Assembly (NCBI GenBank): GCA_016212395.1
Contig: JACRGF010000009.1
Location: 28,132 to 92,131, forward strand
Direction: 5' to 3'
DNA length: 64,000 nucleotides
Source of the DNA: Candidatus Micrarchaeota archaeon
Lineage (GTDB): Archaea > Micrarchaeota > Micrarchaeia > Burarchaeales > JACRGF01
The notes under the pieces are model-generated. The model had not been told where the DNA came from and made no database searches. It was given only the letters and a program-made list of their open reading frames with translations. Made by a program: the position numbers and the translations under genes. Positions 39,237 through 47,429 of this stretch are shown here, piece after piece. Numbering within the stretch: position 1 is the stretch's first letter; the number at the start of each line of letters is the position of its first letter.

Positions 39237-39515
39237 ATGAAAGTGAATTTCTTGGTTGACGAAGACAAGCACGTTGAAGTGCTCTTGGAAGGAGAAGAAC
39301 ACAGCCTCCCTAATGTTCTGAAAGACATTCTGCTTGAAAGCGACGACGTCGAGTTCGCTGCGTACGTGATAGACCACCCGCTAGTGGGAAGCCCGAAGCT
39401 AATCATTAAAACAAAGCGCAAGAAAGCCCGCGAAACGCTGAAAAACGCGCTCGCAACGCTCCAGGAACGCTTGAAAGAATTCGAAACAGCGCTGAAGAAA
39501 GAAAAGAAAAAATAA
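39237..39515 (+). CDS. rpoL: DNA-directed RNA polymerase subunit L (Rpo11)
   Basis: A 92-aa protein. EHSLPNVLKDILLESDDVEFAAYVIDHPLVGSPKLIIKTK matches the RpoL/RPB11 fold. Confidence 0.8.
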   Translation: MKVNFLVDEDKHVEVLLEGEEHSLPNVLKDILLESDDVEFAAYVIDHPLVGSPKLIIKTKRKKARETLKNALATLQERLKEFETALKKEKKK

Positions 39516-39602
39516 AAAAAGAAAAGCAAGAAGCGAAAAAGCAGAACGAGAAAACTCGCAAAAACAAGCAAATAATACTTTTTCGCGCTAATTTTTTCTT
39601 TC

Positions 39603-40148
39603 ATGAAGCAAGGCGCTCGCATTCTCGGAATAGACGATTCGCCTTTCGACAAGCAATCAAGCGAACGCGTTCTCACAGTGGGTGTAGTGTGGCGCGCTGG
39701 AATTGTTGAAGGCGTGCTTTCCACTCGCGTCGAGCGCGATGGAAGCGATTCAACTGAAAAACTGATAGAACTAGTGGAGCGTTCGCGGTTCAAGGAAGGC
39801 CTGCGCGCAATTCTCATCAACAGCATTACCCTCGCAGGCTTCAACATCGTTGACATCAACAAGCTAAGCGAAGTGCTGGAAATTCCAGTCATAAGCATAG
39901 TGAGAAGAAAGCCTGACTTGAAGAAAGTAAAAAAAGCACTAGTGCACTCTCGCGACTATGCGAAAGCACTCTCGCTCATCGAAAAGGCAGGCGTGCCCGT
40001 CGCAGTTAATAAGTTTCACGTTCAATTTGCTGGCGCTGACTTGGAAACAGTTGAAAAAATTTTGCGCGTGAGCGGAATAGAGCCAGTGCGCCTCGCGCAC
40101 ATTATCGCCTCGGGAATAGTAAAAGGCGAGTCAAAAGGAAGAATGTGA
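39603..40148 (+). CDS. UPF0215/DUF99 family protein
   Basis: ILGIDDSPFDK...VLTVGVVWRAG is the DUF99 core. Confidence 0.6.
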   Translation: MKQGARILGIDDSPFDKQSSERVLTVGVVWRAGIVEGVLSTRVERDGSDSTEKLIELVERSRFKEGLRAILINSITLAGFNIVDINKLSEVLEIPVISIVRRKPDLKKVKKALVHSRDYAKALSLIEKAGVPVAVNKFHVQFAGADLETVEKILRVSGIEPVRLAHIIASGIVKGESKGRM

Positions 40149-40339
40149 TAAAAAGTTTTGGAGTTTTGAAGTTTTGTGGTTTCGGAATTTCAGGTTTAGG
40201 GTTTTGGAGTTTAGGCGTTTCGAGGTTTAGACGTTTTGTAGTTTTGAAGTTTTGAGGTTTCGCGGTTTTGTGGTTTTGAGTGGTTTTGACATAGTGGTTT
40301 TGCAGTAGTTTTGATTGGTTTTGTCTATGCGGTTTTGCG
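40149..40339 (+). repeat. G/T-rich degenerate (GTTTTG)n array, longest member of a dispersed intergenic family
   Basis: About 190 bp of gttttg/ggtttt units with almost no C or A, 5' of the signal peptidase gene. Similar arrays lie at about 18647-18728, 28684-28800, 39117-39170, 49050-49140, 54721-54850, 59325-59500 and 59947-59990. Confidence 0.6.
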
Positions 40340-40396
40340 GTGCGAAACTACTGCAGAACAAGCCAAAACAAGTCGAAACGTTCTGACGTGGTGTTT

Positions 40397-41362
40397 ATGG
40401 CGTTGAAGAAAGAGCGCGTTCATTCTGCAGAGTGGCGCATTGCAAAAAAGATTGTTGACTTGAAGATTCCCTACATTATAATGATTGCGACGTTCGCGTT
40501 GTTCATGCTCACAAGAATGCAAGTGTTCATTTTCACTTCAGCGCTCGTGTTCGTGCTCACCCTCATCATCGAGTCTTTCTTTTCAGCAGACAAAATCGGC
40601 TGGAAGAAGGAATTCAAGGAAACAATAATCGCTGCTTTGGCTGCTGCAGTATTATGGCTTGCTGCAAGCTATTTCCTTCAAACGAGCGCTCCGCTCAACG
40701 GAATTCTCTCATGCTCAATGCTTCCCTCCCTCGAACGCGGAGACATGGTTGTTTTAAACGGCTGGAACATCAACGCGCCTGAAGTGAACGTTACTGAAAG
40801 CGAGTGGAAGCAAATTACTAACAGTGGCGCCCTGCATTTCGCGTGCGGAGTGTGCAGGAACGAAACAGCCAACTCGCCTTGCCTCATAGACCCTCGCTCT
40901 AACACTAAAGTCGAAGGCGACTACCCTCTGGAGTTCGAGTGCGGCTCGTGCGAAAACCTCAACCCTTCAACTAAAGTGAAGCAAACAGTTGCGTGCACGA
41001 AAAGCGTTACTATTCTCGGAAAGAAAATCGAGGAAAACTTGAGCAACGATGTAGTAGTTTACACTCCGCTTCCGTCCGACGTGTTCTCGCGCAGCGGGGA
41101 CATTATCCACCGCGTGTTCGTGAAAATAAACGTTGAAGGCAAAAACTATTACTTGATTAAAGGCGACAACAACCCTGGCTTTGACGTGCAAGTAGTCACG
41201 CCAACAGGCGACTCGAATTCTCCTGTTGCGCAGGAACGCGTGATAGGAAAAGTAATGCTCCGCCTCCCGTACATCGGCTACTACAAAATATTCCTCGCAG
41301 GCATAACAAACCCTGCATTGCTCGAAACGCCGGCAGGATGCGACGCGTACTTAGTGCACTAA
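40397..41362 (+). CDS. Type I signal peptidase (archaeal Sec11/S26B-like) with Cys-rich extracytoplasmic insertion
   Basis: Box B SMLPSLERGDMVV (catalytic Ser), GDIIHRVF (His), and box E LIKGDNNPGFD. A roughly 110-aa insert between them has CGVC...C...CGSC...C. Confidence 0.7.
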   Translation: MALKKERVHSAEWRIAKKIVDLKIPYIIMIATFALFMLTRMQVFIFTSALVFVLTLIIESFFSADKIGWKKEFKETIIAALAAAVLWLAASYFLQTSAPLNGILSCSMLPSLERGDMVVLNGWNINAPEVNVTESEWKQITNSGALHFACGVCRNETANSPCLIDPRSNTKVEGDYPLEFECGSCENLNPSTKVKQTVACTKSVTILGKKIEENLSNDVVVYTPLPSDVFSRSGDIIHRVFVKINVEGKNYYLIKGDNNPGFDVQVVTPTGDSNSPVAQERVIGKVMLRLPYIGYYKIFLAGITNPALLETPAGCDAYLVH

Positions 41363-41874
41363 GCGAGTTGAGGAGAATCGCTGCAAAAGAGGGCGTGCCG
41401 CAGGCAATAGTGGAAAAAGACCTTGCGCTATCAGTTGCTTTGAAGGTGATTGCCGAATCAAATTTGGCAGAACACGTGGTTTTCAAGGGAGGCACTGCAA
41501 TAAGGAAAATCTATTTCAAGGAAGCCAGGTTTTCCGAGGACTTGGATTTTAACGCGCTGGACGCTGGCAAAACAGAATGCATGAAATTGTTGAAGGACGC
41601 GCTTGAGGATAAAACAATCGATGGCGTAATTTTCGAAAAAGCCGAGGAAGAGAAAACGCCTGCCGGCCTCAAATCCGCGGTAAAGTACGTCGGCCCGTTG
41701 GCTCACGCGCAGAGAATCAGGTTCGACTTCAACTTCCGTGAAAACCTGGTTGAAAAGCCGGAGCGCAGGCAACTGATAGACGCGTACGGCCTTGGATTTG
41801 CAGAGCTCTCTGTTCTGGGGTTGGAAGAGATTTTTGCTGAAAAGCTTCACGCGCTCGGCTGCAGGTCTAATTAG
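41338..41874 (+). CDS. AbiEii/DUF1814-family nucleotidyltransferase toxin, apparently C-terminally truncated
   Basis: VVFKGGTAIRKIYFKEARFSEDLDFN is the AbiEii signature. It is only 178 aa and ends exactly where the AT-rich R-M insert begins. Confidence 0.6.
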   Translation: MRRVLSALSELRRIAAKEGVPQAIVEKDLALSVALKVIAESNLAEHVVFKGGTAIRKIYFKEARFSEDLDFNALDAGKTECMKLLKDALEDKTIDGVIFEKAEEEKTPAGLKSAVKYVGPLAHAQRIRFDFNFRENLVEKPERRQLIDAYGLGFAELSVLGLEEIFAEKLHALGCRSN

Positions 41875-41978
41875 ATTTAAAACCTGACTTTCGCAAATTG
41901 AAAATAGCGTGCCTAACTCTTTAAAAATAATCTGGTACAAACAGAAGTATCACGTGTGCTTTTTTAAGAGGTTAAAGA

Positions 41979-43016
41979 ATGAAGACCAGACATCAAATAA
42001 TATTGGACGATGCTCGAAGAATGTCTCATCTTAAAAATGAAAGCATAGACCTAATGGTAACCTCACCCCCTTATCCCATGATACAAATGTGGGACGAAAT
42101 GTTCTCGCGGCAAAATCCTGAAATTGAAGTTGCTATCAAAGATGAAAATAGCATTAAAGCATTTGAGTTGATGCATACCGAATTAGATAACGTTTGGAGA
42201 GAGGTTTACCGTACTTTAAAAGTAGGTGGAATTGCGTGTATAAATATCGGTGATGCCACCAGAAGTATGAACAATAAATTTCAGATACATACCAATCACG
42301 CACGAGTACTTAGTTTTTGTTTAGGTCTTGGTTTTCATGCACTACCCGAAGTGTTATGGATTAAAGAAACTAACAAACCTGACAAATTCATGGGTTCAGG
42401 AATGTTGCCTGTTGGAGCATATGTAACTTTAGAGCATGAGCACATTCTAATTCTAAGAAAGGGCGAGAAAAGAGAATTCAAAACGCAAGAAGAACGAGCA
42501 AACAGGCAAAAAAGTGCTTTTTTTTGGGAAGAACGAAATGTTTGGTTTTCTGATAAATGGAAGGATATAAACGGTGTTTTTCAGAAATTAAATCATACTC
42601 AATTAAGAGAAAGAAGTGCTGCTTATCCTATTGAATTGGCCTATAGACTGATTAGTATGTTTTCTGTTCAAGGGGATACTATCTTAGATCCTTATTTAGG
42701 AACTGGAACAACAATTCTTGCAGCTCTTGCTTCTGCGCGAAACAGTGTCGGTTATGAGATTGATAAAAACTTCAACGGTATAATAAACGAGAGAATAAAA
42801 GAAATCAAACATATTGCGAATGAAAGAAATGAGCAGAGGCTGAATAAACATAAAGATTTTATCAAAACGAGGATCAATGAAGGCGAAGAAAAATACCTCA
42901 ATAAAACCTATAATTTCCCAGTTGTAACTTCTCAAGAAACTAACATTGCAATACCCAAATTAAAAGAGATTGTTCAGATAGAAGACGGGCTATTCGAGGC
43001 TGAACACTATTATTGA
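41979..43016 (+). CDS. DNA methyltransferase, beta-class amino-MTase (N4-cytosine or N6-adenine), type II R-M
   Basis: Motif IV DLMVTSPPY lies upstream of motif I ILDPYLGTGTT (order IV to I means beta class). The SPPY form is common in N4C MTases. The region is AT-rich. Confidence 0.75.
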   Translation: MKTRHQIILDDARRMSHLKNESIDLMVTSPPYPMIQMWDEMFSRQNPEIEVAIKDENSIKAFELMHTELDNVWREVYRTLKVGGIACINIGDATRSMNNKFQIHTNHARVLSFCLGLGFHALPEVLWIKETNKPDKFMGSGMLPVGAYVTLEHEHILILRKGEKREFKTQEERANRQKSAFFWEERNVWFSDKWKDINGVFQKLNHTQLRERSAAYPIELAYRLISMFSVQGDTILDPYLGTGTTILAALASARNSVGYEIDKNFNGIINERIKEIKHIANERNEQRLNKHKDFIKTRINEGEEKYLNKTYNFPVVTSQETNIAIPKLKEIVQIEDGLFEAEHYY

Positions 43017-43645
43017 GATAACCTCGTTATTTCAGACTTTATCTCATCAATAACTTCTTTATTCGCGATAATTTTTCTACCTGTGTTTTCATCTTTCACG
43101 GAAAAAATATAAAACACCTTCCCACCGTATTTTTTTGCGAATTTGTCGTGTGTTTCTTTTTGTTGAGTTCTTTCATTTATTATTTGAGGGATATACTCAT
43201 ACCCTGTAGGCTTTATTTGCAATCCAACGTATTTTTCATTTATTTTGATGAAGAAATCAACATTATACCCTCTATCCCATTCATCGGGTGCTGGTTCTAT
43301 CTTAACACCAAGGATATCCTGTAATTGACCATATACTGTTTCTTTTTCAGAGGTATAGCCATCATACGTCCTATTGATGACAAGATTTATTACAAAATTT
43401 ATACAATCTTCTTCTGAAATCTCATCTATTTCTGCTCTTATAACTTCACTAATCTTAATGTAAAGTTTCTTTCCAAGCTCTACTAAATGCGATTTCGGAT
43501 AAACATTTTTGTAATAGTAGTCTTCCCATTCGATGATGCTTCTCGGGGAACATTTTCTAATTTCTTCTGCAACTGCACCAACCTGCTTTTTCTTATTAAG
43601 ACCCCAACGCATATTGGCACTATTCAAAACCCATTCTTTCGGCAT
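43010..43645 (-). CDS. Putative type II restriction endonuclease (partner of adjacent MTase)
   Basis: It is convergent with, and overlaps, the MTase 3' end and has the same anomalously low GC. It carries a possible PD-(D/E)xK-like segment GYNVDFFIKINEKYVGLQIK. No family assigned. Confidence 0.35.
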   Translation of the reverse strand: MPKEWVLNSANMRWGLNKKKQVGAVAEEIRKCSPRSIIEWEDYYYKNVYPKSHLVELGKKLYIKISEVIRAEIDEISEEDCINFVINLVINRTYDGYTSEKETVYGQLQDILGVKIEPAPDEWDRGYNVDFFIKINEKYVGLQIKPTGYEYIPQIINERTQQKETHDKFAKKYGGKVFYIFSVKDENTGRKIIANKEVIDEIKSEITRLSQ

Positions 43646-43742
43646 TTTCGTTACCTCTTATTCCAGTTGGCAGGCAACAAGTTTAAAGATTTCTCCTGCT
43701 TGAAAATACAAAGATGGAATAAAATAATTCCAATCTTCACTT

Positions 43743-45374
43743 CTACTTCTTTTTCTTCTTTTCTTTCACTGCTTGCAGGAATGCTTGGAATAACGGCGCG
43801 GGTTTTTCGAGCCTGCTCTTAAACTCCGGGTGGGCTTGCGTTGCAATGCCGAACCCTTCAGGCCATTCTATCATTTCAACTATTTTCCCGTCAGGAGACT
43901 TTCCCGACAATACCAACCCTTTTTCCTCGAGTTTTCCAGCGAGTTCAGGGTTTACTTCAAACCTGTGCCTGTGCCTCTCGCTCACTTCCTCTTTTCCGTA
44001 CGCTTGAAACGTTTTCGTTCCTTTCTTGATTTTGCACGGGTAAGCGCCGAGCCTCATCGTCGCGCCCTTGTCTTTCACGCTCTTCTGCTCTGGCAGCAAG
44101 TCTATCACTGGGTAGTGCGTGTCCGCGTCTATTTCAGTAGAGTTCGCGCCTGTCATTCCGCACTCGTTGCGCGCCCATTCTACTACCGCCATTTGCAGTC
44201 CAAAACACAACCCGAGAAACGGAATTCCGTTCTTGCGCGCGTAGTTAATGCACTTGATTTTCCCTTCGCTTCCCCTTGCGCCGAATCCGCCTGGAACTAT
44301 TATTCCGTCGCACTCGTCGAGCGCTGAAACAAGCAGTTTCCCGTCCTCTATTTCAGTTGTTTCAACCCACTTTATCTTCACTCCAACATCACAGTGCGCG
44401 CCTGCGTGCACGAGCGCTTCCTTGATGCTCACGTACGCGTCCTTCAACGCCGTGTATTTCCCGGTAATTCCTATTGTTGCAACTTCCCCAGGATGCCGAA
44501 TGCTGTGAACGAGCTTGTTCCATTCCTTCAAGTCGCTCCCGTTAGTTTTCACTCCGAGTTTTTCGAGAATAGTTGCGCACAGCCTTTGCTTTTCAAACAA
44601 TTCAGGCACTCCATAGATAGTGTCAGTGTCCGGGTCGTCTATAATCGCGTCTTCGTCAACGTTGCAGTACAACGCGATTTTCTTTCTTGCTTCCTTCGAG
44701 AGCGGTTCGACTTCCCTGCAAATCACTACTTTCGGGTTGATGCCGAGGCTTGCGAGCAGGCGGTTCGCGTGCTGTGTAGGCTTTGTCTTCTGCTCTCCAA
44801 GCGCTTCAAGAGTCGGAACGTAAGTCAACTGCACGAACAATACTTCTTCTTCAAACGACATTTGCCTCATTGCCTCCAAGAAGTAGCCGTTCTCCAAATC
44901 GCCTACAGTGCCTCCGACTTCAACCATCACCACGTCAGCGTCAAACGAGTCGCCTACTCCCTTCACCCACTTTTTAATCTCGTTAGTCAAATGCGGGACG
45001 AACTGCACGTCATAACCCAAATACCCTCCCTTGCGCTCCTTGTCAATAACCAAGCTGAAAATTTTCCCGCCAGTCAGGCTGTTTGACTTGTTCAAATTAA
45101 CATTGAGAAAACGCTCGTAAGTGCCCAAGTCCATGTCGCACTCTGTCCCGTCGTCAAGCACGAACACTTCACCGTGCCTGTAAGGGTTCATCGTCCCGCA
45201 GTCAACGTTCAAGTACCCGTCGAACTTCAACGGAACTACTTTCAGGTTGTGGCTCTGGAGAATTTTTCCAACAGAAGAAGTGACTATTCCTTTACCGAGC
45301 CCGCTCATGAGCGAGCCGGCTACCACGACAAACTTTCTTTTTTTCCCCTTGCTTCCATCAGATTCCTTTTGCAT
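43743..45374 (-). CDS. pyrG: CTP synthase
   Basis: N-terminal KFVVVAGSLMSGLGKG, and a glutamine amidotransferase domain with GLCFGLQ (Cys nucleophile) plus HRHRFEVN. Confidence 0.9.
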   Translation of the reverse strand: MQKESDGSKGKKRKFVVVAGSLMSGLGKGIVTSSVGKILQSHNLKVVPLKFDGYLNVDCGTMNPYRHGEVFVLDDGTECDMDLGTYERFLNVNLNKSNSLTGGKIFSLVIDKERKGGYLGYDVQFVPHLTNEIKKWVKGVGDSFDADVVMVEVGGTVGDLENGYFLEAMRQMSFEEEVLFVQLTYVPTLEALGEQKTKPTQHANRLLASLGINPKVVICREVEPLSKEARKKIALYCNVDEDAIIDDPDTDTIYGVPELFEKQRLCATILEKLGVKTNGSDLKEWNKLVHSIRHPGEVATIGITGKYTALKDAYVSIKEALVHAGAHCDVGVKIKWVETTEIEDGKLLVSALDECDGIIVPGGFGARGSEGKIKCINYARKNGIPFLGLCFGLQMAVVEWARNECGMTGANSTEIDADTHYPVIDLLPEQKSVKDKGATMRLGAYPCKIKKGTKTFQAYGKEEVSERHRHRFEVNPELAGKLEEKGLVLSGKSPDGKIVEMIEWPEGFGIATQAHPEFKSRLEKPAPLFQAFLQAVKEKKKKK

Positions 45375-45409
45375 ATATCTTTTAATTATAAACAGGTTTA
45401 AATCCCTAT

Positions 45410-46120
45410 ATGGTTCGAGTAATCCTTTTCGTTTGCTCGTCGAAAAAAAAGCCTTCCTTCAACTCCAAGAAATACCCTCACATCCGCCTCTCACGCTCCA
45501 CGCTAGTTTTTCCAGAGTGCGCCGAGGAAGAATTGAAGAACTCGTGCAAAAAATGCAGGATAGTATGCGCTGACTTCGACGAGGGGGAATTGAATGCCGT
45601 GAACAGCGAGTGGCTTTACTCAAAGCGCTTGACTGTAAAACTGCGCGGGGAAACGCACACTTCCACGTTCCTGCGCGAGCTTGAAACTCTCGAGAAATGG
45701 GCGCGCTTCGGAGTGCGCGAGGAAGACGAGAGCGAGTTCAAGCACCGCAAGAAAAACGCTGAAGCATTCGTGAAAGAACTTCAATTCAAATTGTTCGGAG
45801 GCAAAATCGTTAACGCGATTACTGAACGCCTGCTCGCGCTCGACGACGCGAAAACAGCAGAAGCGGTTTTTCCAGAAAAAAACGCTTTCCTCGTGAAGAC
45901 CGTTTCTGAAAAATTCGACTGGTTCAAGCAAGAACTCTCCACCCTCCTGCGCACTCCGAAAGAAATAAGCGAAATAGCGCGCGCCACTGAAGTGGACAAG
46001 TCAAGCGCGCGCAAGTGGCTGCACCGCATGGCGCGCGCAGGCATAATCACGAAAACACGAAAACGAAAAGGCATAGGCAGGCCGAAAGACATCTACTACC
46101 TCTCGCACAGGCTTGAATAA
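45410..46120 (+). CDS. Hypothetical protein with C-terminal winged-helix DNA-binding domain
   Basis: C-terminal ISEIARATEVDKSSARKWLHRMARAGIITKTRKRKGIGRPKDIYYL. Confidence 0.4.
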   Translation: MVRVILFVCSSKKKPSFNSKKYPHIRLSRSTLVFPECAEEELKNSCKKCRIVCADFDEGELNAVNSEWLYSKRLTVKLRGETHTSTFLRELETLEKWARFGVREEDESEFKHRKKNAEAFVKELQFKLFGGKIVNAITERLLALDDAKTAEAVFPEKNAFLVKTVSEKFDWFKQELSTLLRTPKEISEIARATEVDKSSARKWLHRMARAGIITKTRKRKGIGRPKDIYYLSHRLE

Positions 46121-46211
46121 AGAAAAAAGCATTCCCGCACGCTCGAAAACGCTGCACACTAAACGAAAGCACTTTCGCGCAATAAGAAAACAAAAAGCCA
46201 TCAGCCATTCG

Positions 46212-46330
46212 TCTATTTTTCACGCATAACGCCATTTTTCTCAGCGCCGAAAACGCTTTTTCCGCGTTTTTAAGGGTTTTATCGCTCTCCCGTGCCCCTT
46301 TTTTTCGTTTCAGAGCGTTGTTTTGCTCGT
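46212..46330 (+). terminator. Array of five T5-T7 tracts spaced about 18-20 nt (archaeal oligo-T terminator cluster)
   Basis: ctattttt / ccattttt / cgcttttt / gcgttttt / cccttttttt, downstream of CDS 45410-46120 and upstream of the histone gene. Confidence 0.45.
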
Positions 46331-46428
46331 TTTGCCGTTTTCTTGCGTTGCGAGCGTTAGTTTTTTAAATGTGTGAGCGGACAGTAGTAACACTCGTTGT
46401 GTTTGGTTTGCATTTGGGGGTTGTTATC

Positions 46429-46626
46429 ATGGCTGAGTTGCCTCTCGCGCCCATTGAGCGTTTGATTAGAAAAGCAGGAGCGGATAGAGTGAGCGAAGAC
46501 GCGGCTTCCGCGCTCGCGCAGATTCTCGAAGACGCTGCTTCAGTCATTGCAGTGAAAGCAGTAAAGCTCGCAAAGCACGCGGGCAGAAAGACGGTTACTG
46601 CAGACGACGTGAAGCTCGCGAAGTAA
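46429..46626 (+). CDS. Archaeal histone (HMf-like histone fold)
   Basis: [34 protein letters not shown]...[21 protein letters not shown], 66 aa. The ATG is internal to ORF 46369. Confidence 0.85.
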   Translation: MAELPLAPIERLIRKAGADRVSEDAASALAQILEDAASVIAVKAVKLAKHAGRKTVTADDVKLAK

Positions 46627-46647
46627 GCTATAGCGGGTTGATGCAAA

Positions 46648-47424
46648 ATGGAGTTCAAGAACGCCGTCACAGGCTTTATTCTCGCCTTCTTCATTCCCCT
46701 GTTCCTCAACTACTTTCTAGCATCAAGCCATTTTTACTTCACGGCATCGTTTCCTTTCCTCACTTTCCTTTTTCAAGTCGCGTCGCTCTTGCTCGCGATA
46801 GGCGTTTTCTATTACTACGCTGTTGAAAAATACTGGATTACGGACAGCAAGACGATAATGCTTTCAAGCATCGGCTTTCTCCTAATGGGCATTTCAACAG
46901 TTCCGTACGGGCTGAAATACTTGGGGCTTTTCTCGTACGACTTGAATATTGCAGGCCACTACTACCTGCTCACAACACTCGTTGCAAGCATTCTCATCGT
47001 CTCATGCGCTTTCTTCAAGGACGGAGTTTCAAAACGCGCTAAGGAACGCATGCTCGCAACTTTCGTGATGCTCGCAATCGCTTACCTCGTCCTGCTCACT
47101 GTAGCAATAATATTTTTCAGCAGCATGCTTCCCCCAGTGTTCGGGCCGAACGAGGAAAACCTTCCATTCAGGGCATACTTATCGCAAGCGATAATCCTCT
47201 TCCTCGCCTTCACTTCAGTCTACTTCGCACGCGTTTTCACTGAAAGCAAAAACGAAGTAATGTTCTGGTTTTCCGTCGGACTAGCGCTCTTGATAATGTC
47301 TGAAATAACATGGTCAGTATTCAAGCTCCAAGCAGACGACGTGTTCACGTGGCTCGGGTGCGTGTACCGGCTTGCAGCATTCGTCGCACTGCTCATTGGA
47401 ATGAAGCAAGTGTACATAGAATAA
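46648..47424 (+). CDS. Polytopic membrane protein of unknown function (about 7 TM)
   Basis: A hydrophobic 258-aa ORF directly after the histone gene. Confidence 0.4.
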   Translation: MEFKNAVTGFILAFFIPLFLNYFLASSHFYFTASFPFLTFLFQVASLLLAIGVFYYYAVEKYWITDSKTIMLSSIGFLLMGISTVPYGLKYLGLFSYDLNIAGHYYLLTTLVASILIVSCAFFKDGVSKRAKERMLATFVMLAIAYLVLLTVAIIFFSSMLPPVFGPNEENLPFRAYLSQAIILFLAFTSVYFARVFTESKNEVMFWFSVGLALLIMSEITWSVFKLQADDVFTWLGCVYRLAAFVALLIGMKQVYIE

Positions 47425-47429
47425 TCTCA

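Larger units (their letters stand above)
41875..43742. other. AT-rich horizontally acquired cassette carrying a type II R-M gene pair
   Basis: An abrupt compositional shift relative to the flanks of about 50% GC. It lies between the truncated AbiEii gene and the pyrG 3' end. Confidence 0.55.

Noticed and set aside
40149-40339. GT-rich repeat arrays as possible CRISPR arrays
   Set aside because: The units are short degenerate 6-8-mers without constant-length repeats separated by unique spacers, and no cas genes are present.
46369-46428. First 20 codons of the histone ORF ([20 protein letters not shown])
   Set aside because: Archaeal histones are about 66-70 aa and begin M(A)ELPIAP. The upstream part is promoter or leader.
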